Source: Armatimonadota bacterium
GTDB lineage: Bacteria > Sysuimicrobiota > Sysuimicrobiia > Sysuimicrobiales > Kaftiobacteriaceae
DNA: 64,000 bases
Reading direction: 5' to 3'
Assembly: GCA_037440005.1 (NCBI GenBank)
Contig: JBBIUY010000008.1
Location: 1-64,000 of the forward strand
This document shows, in pieces, positions 43,172-52,256 of the stretch. The notes below the pieces were generated by a model that saw nothing but the letters and a program-made list of their open reading frames with translations, did no database searches and was not told where the DNA came from. Position numbers and translations under genes: made by a program. Within the stretch, counting starts at the first letter, position 1. Every line of letters begins with the position of its first letter.

Positions 43172-45418
43172 ATGGCGACACCCACTCCCGCTCCGCAACC
43201 GGCGGTGCGACGTCCCCCCTCCGGCCGGCTGCGCGTGCTCCTGCAGGACGTCGGCACGCCCCCGCCGGGTCCGTTCGTCCCGGCGCCGTTCCAGGAGGCG
43301 GCGCTGGCGGCGGTGCGCGTCACCGACGTGCTGGTGTGCGCGCCCACCGGCAGCGGCAAGACCTGGATCGCCGAGCAGGCCATCGGCGAGCTGCTGGCGG
43401 CCGGAGGGTCGGCGTGGTACACCACCCCCCTGAAGGCGCTGTCCAACCAGAAGTTCCACCGGTTCACCGGCCTGTACGGCGCCGAGTCGGTGGGCCTGCT
43501 CACCGGCGAGCGGCGGATCAACGCCAGCGCCCCGGTGATCGTGGCCACCACCGAGATCCTGCGCAACGTCCTGTACGGGGAGCGCCTCAGCCCGGATCTG
43601 ATCGTCCTGGACGAGGCCCACTACCTGGCCGACCGGGAGCGGGGCACCGCCTGGGAGGAGATCCTGCTGCTGGCGCCCCCGCGGGCGCGGCTGCTGCTGC
43701 TGTCGGCCACCTTCCCCAACGCCGACACGGTGGCGGGCTGGCTGGCGGAGGTGCGGGGCCGCAGGCCCGAGGTCATCGTCGAGCGCACCCGTCCCGTGCC
43801 CCTGCGCTTCGTGCTCGCCGACGGGCGGGGCCGGCTGCTGGCTCCCGACAGCCTGGGCCACCTCCCCGCCGACGGCGCCGCCCCGGGCTGGCTGGCCGGC
43901 CTGCTGCGCGACCTGGAGCACTACAACCTGCTGCCGGCCATCCTGTTCTACCCGTCGCGCCGCCAGTGCGACGAGGCCGTGCGGGAGCTGGCCGGGATGC
44001 GCGCCTTCGGGCCCGAGCTGCGGGCCGCCGCCCTGGCCCGGTGGGAGCGGGACTACCCGTTCCTGCGCGCCCACCCCTTCCGCGCCGTCCTGATTGACGC
44101 CGGGGTCGCCCCCCACCACGCGGGCCACACCACGGCCTGGCGGCTGGCGGTCGAGGACCTGCTGGCCCGGGGCCTGGTGCGGGTCGTGTGCGCCACCACC
44201 ACCCTGGCCGCCGGTCTGGACGTGCCGGCGCGCACGGTGGTGCTGTCCACCCTGGTGCGCCACAGCCCCCAGGGACCGGTCCAGCTGTCGGCCACCGAGT
44301 TCCACCAGATGAGCGGTCGCGCCGGCCGCCGGGGCAAGGACACCGTGGGGGTGGTGGTCCTGCCGGCCACCTCCCGGGACGAAGCCCGGGAAGCTCTGTC
44401 GCTGATCGACGCCGAGCCCGAGCCGGTCACGTCGTCCTTCACCCCGGGTTACGTGCAGGTGCTCAACCTGCTGCGCCGGTCCTCCCTGGAAGACGCCCTG
44501 CGCACCCTCGGCCGGTCCCTGGCGGCCTACGAGCGGCGGGAAGAGGTCCGGCGGCTGCGGGAGGCCATCGCCGCCATCCCCCCCGACGACCTCGCCGAGC
44601 GGCCCTGCGACGACCGGCTGGTGACCCGCGGCCGCTACGAGCGCCTGCAGGAGCGCCTCAGCCGCCTGCGCCGGGCGCGCGCCGAGGGGGACGTCGCGCG
44701 GGTGGCCGAGGAGCTGGCGGCGTGGCCGTGCGCCTCCTGCCCGGTGGAGCAGCGCTGCCTGCAGACCCTGGAGGCGCTGCGGGCGCGGGAACTGCGTCGC
44801 TCGTCGCTGCGTCAGGCGCTGCACGCGGTGGAAGGGTCGCTGGCCGACGAATTCCTCCGGCGCGCGGCGGTCTTGCGGCGGCTGGGCTACCTGGACGACG
44901 CGCACCGCCTGACCCCCGACGGCCTGTGGGCCTCCGAGCTGCGCCACCCCCGCGTCCTGATCCTGGCCGAGATCGTCCGGCGCAGCCTGATCGGCGGGTC
45001 CACGGCCCTGTGGGCGGCGGCGGCCGGCGCCCTGGCCACCGAGCGGGCTCCCTACCGGGGCGGGGAGGCCGGCCTGCAGACGCTGGCGCGCCTGGCCCGG
45101 GAGCTGGACCTGCTGGAGCGCCAGCACGCCCTGCCCCCCGACGACCTGGCCAGGCAGTTCGAGCCCGAGTGGGACCCGCGCGCGCGCCGGCGCCTCCCCT
45201 CCCCCGCCGACCGCCGGGCGGACGTGGTGGTGGCCTGGATGCGCGGGGCCGACTGGCTCACCCTGGTGGCCCACAGCCAGGCCGAGGAGGGCGACCTGCA
45301 GCGCATCATCCTCCAGGCGGCCGAGGTGCTGATGCAGGTGGAGGGGCTGCCGTTCCCCGACGTGCGGACCGCCGCCCGGGACGCCCGCCTGCGCCTGCTC
45401 CGTCCCCCCGTCGTCTGA
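43172..45418 (+). CDS. Ski2/HelY-like DExH RNA helicase
   Basis: APTGSGKT, YTTPLKALSNQK, GLLTGE, DEAHYL..ERG..WEE, LSAT, HHAG, QMSGRAGRRGKD; DSHCT-like end EEGDL.R. Confidence 0.9.
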   Translation: MATPTPAPQPAVRRPPSGRLRVLLQDVGTPPPGPFVPAPFQEAALAAVRVTDVLVCAPTGSGKTWIAEQAIGELLAAGGSAWYTTPLKALSNQKFHRFTGLYGAESVGLLTGERRINASAPVIVATTEILRNVLYGERLSPDLIVLDEAHYLADRERGTAWEEILLLAPPRARLLLLSATFPNADTVAGWLAEVRGRRPEVIVERTRPVPLRFVLADGRGRLLAPDSLGHLPADGAAPGWLAGLLRDLEHYNLLPAILFYPSRRQCDEAVRELAGMRAFGPELRAAALARWERDYPFLRAHPFRAVLIDAGVAPHHAGHTTAWRLAVEDLLARGLVRVVCATTTLAAGLDVPARTVVLSTLVRHSPQGPVQLSATEFHQMSGRAGRRGKDTVGVVVLPATSRDEAREALSLIDAEPEPVTSSFTPGYVQVLNLLRRSSLEDALRTLGRSLAAYERREEVRRLREAIAAIPPDDLAERPCDDRLVTRGRYERLQERLSRLRRARAEGDVARVAEELAAWPCASCPVEQRCLQTLEALRARELRRSSLRQALHAVEGSLADEFLRRAAVLRRLGYLDDAHRLTPDGLWASELRHPRVLILAEIVRRSLIGGSTALWAAAAGALATERAPYRGGEAGLQTLARLARELDLLERQHALPPDDLARQFEPEWDPRARRRLPSPADRRADVVVAWMRGADWLTLVAHSQAEEGDLQRIILQAAEVLMQVEGLPFPDVRTAARDARLRLLRPPVV

Positions 45419-45429
45419 AGCCCCCTTAC

Positions 45430-45583
45430 TGACGTTGGAACGTTGAAACGTTGGAGCGTTGGAACGTTGAACCTTTCCCCTTTCCCCTTTTCCTTTTTCC
45501 CTTTTCCCTCCCTCCGTTGGAACGTTGAAGCGTTGGAGCGTGAGATTTTTCCCCTTTTCCCTTTTCCTTTTTCCCCTTTCCCT
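45430..45583 (+). repeat. Composite octamer/heptamer repeat, left copy
   Basis: (GTTGGAAC)x5 - (TTTTCCC)x5 - (GTTGGAAC)x3 - (TTTTCCC)x5, imperfect units. Confidence 0.9.
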
Positions 45584-45652
45584 CCCTCCGCAGGATCCCC
45601 CCGCCCCGCAGAGAAAAGCCTTATCCAGCGCCCGTTCTCCCGTCGGATGACG

Positions 45653-46384
45653 ATGCGTCACTGTCCGGTCTGCGACAGCGAGATGTCGCCGCGGTTCGCC
45701 AGCGAGTGCGAGCCTCCCGTGGCCTGGGCGTGCCTGGAGTGCGGCCTGCTGCAGCTGGAAAGCGGCGGCCGCCCGTTCACGCCCGAGCAGGCCGAGGCCG
45801 TGGCCGCCCTGGCCCCCGCCGTCGCGTCCCGCCGCCCGCGCCCGGCGTCGGCGGCGGCGGCCCAGGCGCGCGAGATCCTGGACACCTTCGGGGCGGACGT
45901 CCCCGTGGACGTGGAGGCCCTGGCGCAGCGGCTGGGCTTTGTCGTGCGGTGGCGCAGCCTGCCGGCCGGTGTGCGCGGCACCGTGGGCGGGGAGGAGGGC
46001 CACCGGGTGCTGGTCCTCAACCGCGACTACCCCTTCCGCACCGAGGCCGAACGCCGGTGGGCGGTGGCCGAGGAGCTGGCCCACGCCGTGCTCGGCCACG
46101 GCACCCTGGTGGCCAGCGAGCAGCCCGGGGCCGCGCCGGTGCTGCAGGAGCCCGCCCGGCGGGCGCGGGAGCGGGAGGCCCGCGCGTTCGCCGCCGAGCT
46201 GCTGATGCCGGCCGCTCGGGTCCGCCAGGCCTTCGCCCGGGAGCAGGCCATCATCCTGCGCGCGCTGGGAAGCGAGGAGCGGGCGCACGCCGTCCGCACC
46301 GTCGTCGCCGACCTGGCGCGGGAGTTCCGGGTTTCCCAGCAGGCGATGCGCCTGCGCCTGGCCGAGCTGGGCCTGCTGGCGTAG
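45653..46384 (+). CDS. Zinc-ribbon plus ImmA/IrrE (Peptidase M78)-like protein with degenerate metal motif
   Basis: CPVC..CLECG; PVDVEALA..LG; RRWAVAEELAH; EREARAFAAELLMP; LA.EF.VS..AM..RL..LG. Confidence 0.82.
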   Translation: MRHCPVCDSEMSPRFASECEPPVAWACLECGLLQLESGGRPFTPEQAEAVAALAPAVASRRPRPASAAAAQAREILDTFGADVPVDVEALAQRLGFVVRWRSLPAGVRGTVGGEEGHRVLVLNRDYPFRTEAERRWAVAEELAHAVLGHGTLVASEQPGAAPVLQEPARRAREREARAFAAELLMPAARVRQAFAREQAIILRALGSEERAHAVRTVVADLAREFRVSQQAMRLRLAELGLLA

Positions 46385-46449
46385 GGCGGGGTGCAGACCG
46401 GTCCCGGGACGGCCAGGGACAGCCGGGCCGGCGGCGAACCACAACGCTC

Positions 46450-47562
46450 GTGATCCCGCTGCCTGTGCTGGACCTGCCGCCTGAGCCCGCCGCCGCCGGG
46501 TGGGAGCACGGCCGCCGCGCCCGCGACCTGGTCGCCGCCAACGTGGCCGTGTACTTCGACCGGTTCGCCCGGGAGGCGCATCTGGCTCCCGACCAGGTGC
46601 GGGAACGCGCCCGGGCCTACCTGCCGGTCATCGAGCAGGCCGACCCCGCCTACGCCGCCGCCCTGCGGGCCCTGGCCGAAGCCAGCGGGCTCCCGCTGGA
46701 GGACCTGGCGGCGCTGAACGTCCGCTACGAGCTGCTGTACAGTCAGTACTCCGCCCTCAACCAGGCCCGGCTGCAGCTGTCGTCGGGGTGTACGGCGTTC
46801 GCCGTGACCCCCCAGGCGTCCGCCGACGGGCACCTGTGGCTGGGGCAGAACTGGGACTGGTTTCCCCGGGTGCGCGGGCTGGTGATGCGGTCGGCCGGCC
46901 CGGGGGGCCTGCGGGTGGCGGCGTTCACCGAAGCGGGCATCGTGGGCGGCAAGATCGGTCTCAACTCGGCGGGGCTGGGGCTGGCGATCAACGGACTGCT
47001 GTCCACCGACGACGACTGGACGCGCCTGGGTACCCCCTTCCACGTGCGGACCTGGAGGATCCTCCGGGCCGCGTCGGTGGCGGACGCCGTGGAGGCGGTC
47101 ACCCGGGGCGAGCGCGCCTGCTCCGCCAACTTCCTCATCGGCCAGGCCGACGGGGAGGGACGGGTCGTGGACGTGGAAGCCGCGCCCCGTGCCGTCCGCA
47201 CCCTGGCGCCGTCCGGAGGCATCCTGGTGCACGCCAACCACTTCGAGGACCCCCGGGCGCTGGGCGTCGAGCAGCCCCTGGCCGAGGAGCGGGTGTCCAC
47301 CTATCACCGGGCGGCGCGGGCCCGGAGGCTGTTGGAGGCGGGCCGGTCCGCGGGCGGACTGTCGGCGGAGGACCTGATGCGGGTGCTGCGCGACCACGAC
47401 GGCCGCCCCGAGTCGGTGTGCCGCCACCTCAACCCCGCCCTGCCGGAGGAGGAACGGGTGCAGACGGCGGTGTCGGTGCTGATGGACCTGTCGGCGCGGC
47501 GGCTGTTCGTCGCGGCCGGCCCGCCCTGCCAGGCCGCCTACCAGGAGATCCCTCCGGCCTGA
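46450..47562 (+). CDS. C45 family autoproteolytic acyltransferase/hydrolase (Ntn)
   Basis: HG, LNVRYE, GCTAF (autocleavage Cys), GQNWDW, TEAG..GKIGLNSAG, HANHF, LRDH...VCRH. Confidence 0.88.
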   Translation: MIPLPVLDLPPEPAAAGWEHGRRARDLVAANVAVYFDRFAREAHLAPDQVRERARAYLPVIEQADPAYAAALRALAEASGLPLEDLAALNVRYELLYSQYSALNQARLQLSSGCTAFAVTPQASADGHLWLGQNWDWFPRVRGLVMRSAGPGGLRVAAFTEAGIVGGKIGLNSAGLGLAINGLLSTDDDWTRLGTPFHVRTWRILRAASVADAVEAVTRGERACSANFLIGQADGEGRVVDVEAAPRAVRTLAPSGGILVHANHFEDPRALGVEQPLAEERVSTYHRAARARRLLEAGRSAGGLSAEDLMRVLRDHDGRPESVCRHLNPALPEEERVQTAVSVLMDLSARRLFVAAGPPCQAAYQEIPPA

Positions 47563-47563
47563 C

Positions 47564-48315
47564 GTGGAACCGGTGCTGGCCGCCAACGGCGCGTTTGCCC
47601 TGGTCCTGCTGGTGGTGGCGTTCGCGTCGGCCGTCAAGGGCGCTCTGGGATTCGGATTCCCCCTGATCGCCGTGCCGCTGGCCGCCAACCTGATCGGCGC
47701 CCGCACCGCGGTGGTGCTGATCGCCGTCTCGGTGGTCTTCAGCAACTTCCTGATCCTGTTCCGGGGAGGCGGCCGCCGGGAGGACCTGTCCCGGTTTGGC
47801 GGGCTGCTGGCCGGCGTGGTGGCGGGGACGGCGGTGGGCGCCCAGCTCCTGGGCCGGCTGGACCCGAGGGTCCTGTCGGTCCTGGTGGGCGTCACGGCGG
47901 TGGTGCTGGGAGGGATGGGCCTGCTCGACCGGTCCCCCACGGTCCCCGCCCGCGCCGAACGGGTGGTGGGTCCGGCGGTGGGGCTGGCGGCGGGCGTCAT
48001 GGGCGGGACCACCGGCATCTTCGCCCCCTTGATCGCCGCCTACGTCCAGTCGCTGCCCGTGGACAAGCGCGGCTTCGTGTTCTGGCTCACCCTGTCGTTC
48101 TTCGTGGGAGGGCTGACCCAGGTGACCAGCTACTGGCGCCTGGCCTGTACACGCCCACGATCCTGGCCTACGCCGCGGCCACCTTCGTGCCGGTGGTGGT
48201 GGGGACCCGGGTGGGGTTCTGGATCCAGGACCGCCTGCCCGGCCCCCTGTTCCGCCGGCTGGTCCTGGCCCTGGTCCTGCTCAGCGGGGTGAATCTGATT
48301 GGGAGGAGCGTCTAA
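47564..48315 (+). pseudogene. TauE/SafE sulfite exporter family gene with a 1-nt frameshift near 48142 (mutation or sequencing error)
   Basis: VKGALGFGFPL and G..GG.TG motifs. Adding one G at CTG(G)GCCTG restores GLYTPTILAYAAATFVPVVVGTRVGFWIQDRLPGPLFRRLVLALVLLSGVNLIGRSV* ending at 48315. Confidence 0.8.
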
Positions 48316-48462
48316 AAAGGGAAAAGGGAAGAGGGAAAAGGGAAGAGGGGAAAACCCACGCTCCAACGTTCCAACGGTCCAACGCGACAGAAGGGAAAAG
48401 GGAAAAAGGAAAAGGGAAAAGGGAAAAGTCCAACGTTCCAACGGTCCAACGTTCCAACGTCA
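48314..48462 (-). repeat. Composite octamer/heptamer repeat, right copy, inverted relative to 45430-45583
   Basis: Reverse complement reads TGACGTTGGAAC..(x4) - (TTTTCCC)x5 - (GTTGGAmC)x3 - (TTTTCCC/TCTTCCC)x5. Confidence 0.9.
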
Positions 48463-48465
48463 TCG

Positions 48466-49446
48466 TCAGATGTACACCGTCCGTCCGGTGCGGGCGGCGG
48501 TGGCGAGGGCGTCCAGCACCCGCAGGTTCGCCACCGCGTCCTCCGGCGGATAGCGCGGGGGTTGTCCGTCCAGCAGGCAGCGCCCCATGTGGTCGAGCAT
48601 CCGGGTGTACTGGTTGGTCCCCTCCACCACCAGCCGCTCCTCCCGGTCCCCGCGGCGCACGATCAGGACCGCCGGATCCTCCTCCGGCTGGAACGGCCGG
48701 GGCACGGTGATGGTGCCCTCGGTGCCCACCACCTCCGCCATCTGCCGGTACGGCGCCCGCAGGCCGCAGTCCACCAGCGCGGCGGCGCCGTCCCAGCCCA
48801 GGCCCGCCGCCAGCCTCACGTCCACGCCCCCCTCGTAGACCGCCGCGGCCCACGCCGCCCGGGGCTCCCCCAGCAGCAGGCGGCTGAGGTTGACCCCGTA
48901 GCAGCCTACGTCCAGCAGCCCGCCGCCGCCCAGGGCGGGGTTGAGGCGGATGTCGTCGGGGCGAGCCACGGTGAACGTGAACGCCGCCCGCACCAGCCAG
49001 GGCGTCCCCACGGCGCCGTCCCGGACCAGGCGCTGCAGGGTCTCGATCTGCGGGTGGAAGCGGTACATGAACGCCTCCTGCAGCACCACCCCGGACCGCC
49101 GGCACGCCTCCACCATCTCCTCCGCCTCCCGGCTGCTGACCGCCAGGGGCTTCTCGCACAGCACGTGCTTGCCGGCCCGCGCCGCCCGGACCGTCCACTC
49201 CCGGTGCAGGCTGTTGGGCAGGGGATTGTAGACGGCGTCCACCTCGGGGTCGGCCAGCAGCTCGTCGTAGCTGCCGTAAGCCCGGGGGATGCCGAACTGG
49301 TCCGCCACCGCCCGCGCCCGAGCCGGCTCGCGGCTGGCCACGGCCGCGGCGACGCCGGTGTCGCTGCGCAGGAGCGCGGGCAGGACCCGCCGCACCGCGA
49401 TGCGGGCGGCGCCGAGGATGCCCCACCGGACCCGCCGCCCGCTCAC
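48466..49446 (-). CDS. Gfo/Idh/MocA family oxidoreductase
   Basis: VRWGILGAARIA, DAVYNPLPN..H, GKHVLCEKP, EAFMYRFHP, GGG.LLDVGCY. Confidence 0.92.
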   Translation of the reverse strand: MSGRRVRWGILGAARIAVRRVLPALLRSDTGVAAAVASREPARARAVADQFGIPRAYGSYDELLADPEVDAVYNPLPNSLHREWTVRAARAGKHVLCEKPLAVSSREAEEMVEACRRSGVVLQEAFMYRFHPQIETLQRLVRDGAVGTPWLVRAAFTFTVARPDDIRLNPALGGGGLLDVGCYGVNLSRLLLGEPRAAWAAAVYEGGVDVRLAAGLGWDGAAALVDCGLRAPYRQMAEVVGTEGTITVPRPFQPEEDPAVLIVRRGDREERLVVEGTNQYTRMLDHMGRCLLDGQPPRYPPEDAVANLRVLDALATAARTGRTVYI

Positions 49447-50081
49447 CGCACCCGCTCCCCTGCCTGGCGCAGCCACGCCGCCAGCGCCTGGGCCAGCGCC
49501 ACCAGGGCCCCCGCGCCCAGAGCGGCCACGGCCACCACGCCGGCGGTGAGAGCGAAACCCACCGCCAGCACGGCGGCGTCGCGGTTGAGCAGTCCCACCC
49601 CCAGCACCAGGACCGTGAGGGCGGGGACGGTGTTGAGAAACGGCAGAGGCGACAGCAGGACCACGCCCAGCAGCAGCACCGCCACCGCCACCACCCGGGT
49701 CACGATCCGCTGGTCCAGGCCGGCCAGCCGGGGCCGCGAGTAGCGCTCCACCCGCTGCAGCAGGGGCAGGCCGCGGTCCCGCAGGACCCGTACCGCCCTC
49801 CCGCTGAGCCGGTAGCGGCGCACCCGGGCCGGCAGCCAGGGCCGGGGCAGGCCCGCCAGCATCTGGGCGGCCAGGAGGATGTACAGCAGCCCGACGGTGG
49901 CCGCCGATCCCGGCGGCAGCACGGGGATCATGGTGGGCAGCGCCAGCGCCACCATGATCAGGCCGAACCCGCGCTCGGCGACCCGGTCGGCCAGTTCGCC
50001 CACGGTCAGGTCGCGGTCGCCCAGGACGTCGGCCAGTACGGCGGACAGCGGGGCGGACTCCGGTGTGAGCGGGGAGGTCAT
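49443..50081 (-). CDS. Exopolysaccharide synthesis ExoD family membrane protein
   Basis: LTVGEL...ERGFG..ALP, QM..G..RPWLP, PLPFLNTVPA..G..RD. Confidence 0.85.
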   Translation of the reverse strand: MTSPLTPESAPLSAVLADVLGDRDLTVGELADRVAERGFGLIMVALALPTMIPVLPPGSAATVGLLYILLAAQMLAGLPRPWLPARVRRYRLSGRAVRVLRDRGLPLLQRVERYSRPRLAGLDQRIVTRVVAVAVLLLGVVLLSPLPFLNTVPALTVLVLGVGLLNRDAAVLAVGFALTAGVVAVAALGAGALVALAQALAAWLRQAGERVR

Positions 50082-50192
50082 CTCGGACACGGCGCCCACC
50101 ACCAGAGTTTCACCGCCGCCGGCGGCCTCCCTGTCGGGCAGGAATGCCGCCGGGGCGGGGGGAACTCGTCCTCACCTGCGCGGGGGCGGACG

Positions 50193-50576
50193 ATGAGGCT
50201 GTGGGCGGCGGGGGTGATCCTGGCGGCGGTCCTGTCCGGGGCGGCCGCAGCACCGGCGGCGCAGGTGGCGCGCAACCTCGCCGAGAACGTCCTGGGGCCG
50301 GGGACCGTGCGGTGGGTGAGCGTCTCCTCCGACGGCCAGCGCATCGACATCGCGTGGGAGGCGGTGCTGTACCACCCGGCCCACAGCGCGGAGCGCAATC
50401 GGGAGCAGATGCGGGGCGAAGCCGAACTGGCCACCGGCGCCATCATGGGCGTGCTGTGGCCCGAGGTGATCTCCTACGCCATGCTGCGGGACAGCCGGAC
50501 CCTGGCCCGGGGCCGGCGCACCCGGCAGGGGGAGTTCCACATCACCTTCGCCCCCGAGCTGGGCGGACAGCCGTGA
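50193..50576 (+). CDS. Hypothetical exported protein
   Basis: Signal-like N-terminus; coupled to the next ORF by a GTGA overlap. Confidence 0.6.
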   Translation: MRLWAAGVILAAVLSGAAAAPAAQVARNLAENVLGPGTVRWVSVSSDGQRIDIAWEAVLYHPAHSAERNREQMRGEAELATGAIMGVLWPEVISYAMLRDSRTLARGRRTRQGEFHITFAPELGGQP

Positions 50577-51004
50577 CGCCGGTGCCGTTCACCTCCTCCG
50601 ACCGGCAGGTCCTGGCCGACATCGTCCACCACGTCTGGCGGGCGTGCCAGGTGTACGTCACCGTGGCGGTGGAACGGGGGCCGGCGGCGGCCCGACCGGC
50701 CCTGGAGGAGCTGGCCCAGTGGGCGGCGGCCCGGCGCCGGGAGCTGGCGTCCCCCTCGCGTCCTGCGGCCCTCAGCCCTCCCGCCTTGCGGGCGGGGCGG
50801 GAACTGCTGGACGACGTGGAGGCCGTCAGCCGTCAGGTGCTGGCCATGGTGGCGGCTCTGGACGGATCGTCGGCGGCGCCGGAGGAGGTGGAGGAGCGGA
50901 TGCTGGGCATCGTGGAGGGCGTCCTGCGGTGGACCGGGCTGATGGCCTCCCAGCTGGGGTTCGCGCACCGCCTGCGTCCCCGCACGCTGTGGCAGGACCG
51001 GTGA
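50573..51004 (+). CDS. Hypothetical helical protein
   Basis: GTG at 50573 overlaps the upstream stop; GC3-biased codons; amphipathic helices. Confidence 0.6.
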   Translation: MTPVPFTSSDRQVLADIVHHVWRACQVYVTVAVERGPAAARPALEELAQWAAARRRELASPSRPAALSPPALRAGRELLDDVEAVSRQVLAMVAALDGSSAAPEEVEERMLGIVEGVLRWTGLMASQLGFAHRLRPRTLWQDR

Positions 51005-51020
51005 TCGGAGGGAGGAGCCC

Positions 51021-51512
51021 GTGTCCGCCTACGACGACGCCTACCGCGAGATCCTGACCCTGGCCCGCCGTCCCGACGCCGCCCAGGCCATCGTGGACTA
51101 CCTGCAGACCCGCTTGCCGACCTACTCGTGGGTGGGGCTGTACTGGGTGGAGGGCTCCGACCTGGTCCTGGGCGAGTGGCGGGGGCCCGAGCCCACCGAG
51201 CACACCCGCATCCCCATCGGCACCGGCATCTGCGGCGCCGCCGCCGCCTCGGGCAGGGTGGAGATAGTCCCCGACGTCAGCCGGGACCCCCGCTACCTGG
51301 CCTGCTTTCCCTCCACCCGCTCGGAGATCGTCGTTCCCATCAGCGACGGCGGCCGGGTCGTGGGCGAGATCGACATCGACAGCACGGCGGTGGACGCCTT
51401 CGGGCCGGAGGACCAGCGGTTCCTGGAGCGGGTGGCCGCGGTCCTGGCGGAGGTCCGCCGGCGGCAGGCGGCCGCCCGGTCCGGCTCGGGTTCGGGCGCA
51501 TCCGACCCGTAG
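51021..51512 (+). CDS. msrC: GAF-domain protein, free methionine-R-sulfoxide reductase-like
   Basis: YSWVGLY, LVLG..G, HTRIPIG.GICG, DV..DPRYLAC..TRSEIVVP, GEIDIDS. Confidence 0.8.
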   Translation: MSAYDDAYREILTLARRPDAAQAIVDYLQTRLPTYSWVGLYWVEGSDLVLGEWRGPEPTEHTRIPIGTGICGAAAASGRVEIVPDVSRDPRYLACFPSTRSEIVVPISDGGRVVGEIDIDSTAVDAFGPEDQRFLERVAAVLAEVRRRQAAARSGSGSGASDP

Positions 51513-51530
51513 GCCGCCCGGTCCGTCCCC

Positions 51531-52241
51531 ATGGGGATGCTGGACGACGTGGTCGCCGTCATCACCGGCGCCGCCGGGGCCCTGGGACGGGAGACGGTGC
51601 GGGTCTTCTTGTCCGAGGGGGCGCAAGTGGTGGCCGCCGACATTGCCGACGCCGCAGCCGTGCTGGACCTGCCCGTCCCGCTGCAGGACCGCTGCGCCGT
51701 CGTCCAATCCGACGTCACCACCGAGTCGGGGGCGCAGGCGGTGGCGGATGCCGCGGTGACCCGCTTCGGGCGTGTGGACGCCCTGCTCGCCCTCGTGGGC
51801 GGGTGGGAGGGAGGCCGCGGGGTCCACGAGACATCCCCGGACGAGTGGACCCGCATGCTCACCCTCAACCTCACCACGGCGGTCCTGTGCTGCCGGGCCG
51901 TCCTGCCGCACATGTTGGAGCGCCGCAGCGGACGGATCGTGACCGTGGGATCCCGGACGGCGGTTCACCCCGCTCCCCGGCAGGCGGCCTACAACGCCGC
52001 CAAGGCGGCCGTGGTCGCCTTCACCCGGACGCTGGCCGAGGAGGTCAAAGACTGGGGGATCGCCGTCACCTGCGTGCTGCCCAGCATCCTGGACACCGAG
52101 GCCAACCGCCGGGCGTTCCCCCGGGCCGACTACAGCCGGTGGGTGAAGCCGGCGGACCTGGCCCGGATCCTGGCGTTTTTAGCCTCCCCGGCCGCCGGGC
52201 CCCTGACGGGCGCCGTCATCCCGGTCTACGGGCGCGCGTGA
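51531..52241 (+). CDS. SDR family oxidoreductase
   Basis: ITGAAGALG, YNAAK, LAEE, VLPSILDT. Confidence 0.9.
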   Translation: MGMLDDVVAVITGAAGALGRETVRVFLSEGAQVVAADIADAAAVLDLPVPLQDRCAVVQSDVTTESGAQAVADAAVTRFGRVDALLALVGGWEGGRGVHETSPDEWTRMLTLNLTTAVLCCRAVLPHMLERRSGRIVTVGSRTAVHPAPRQAAYNAAKAAVVAFTRTLAEEVKDWGIAVTCVLPSILDTEANRRAFPRADYSRWVKPADLARILAFLASPAAGPLTGAVIPVYGRA

Positions 52242-52256
52242 AGGGTCCGCGAGGCC

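Noticed and set aside
45430..45583. Possible CRISPR array
   Set aside because: Units are 7-8 bp tandem repeats with no unique spacers, and there are no cas genes in the window.
45443..45652. N-terminal extension of the ImmA-like ORF and short ORFs across 48130-48553
   Set aside because: These are translations of the repeat tracts (FPFS/KGKR runs), not plausible protein.
43172..46384. Helicase plus ImmA-like gene as an anti-phage defence system
   Set aside because: The helicase has HelY/Ski2 housekeeping features, is separated from the next gene by a 230-bp repeat-filled gap, and has no nuclease or effector partner.
48135..48150. Programmed ribosomal frameshift in the TauE gene
   Set aside because: No slippery heptamer or stimulatory structure is visible; a simple 1-nt deletion explains it.
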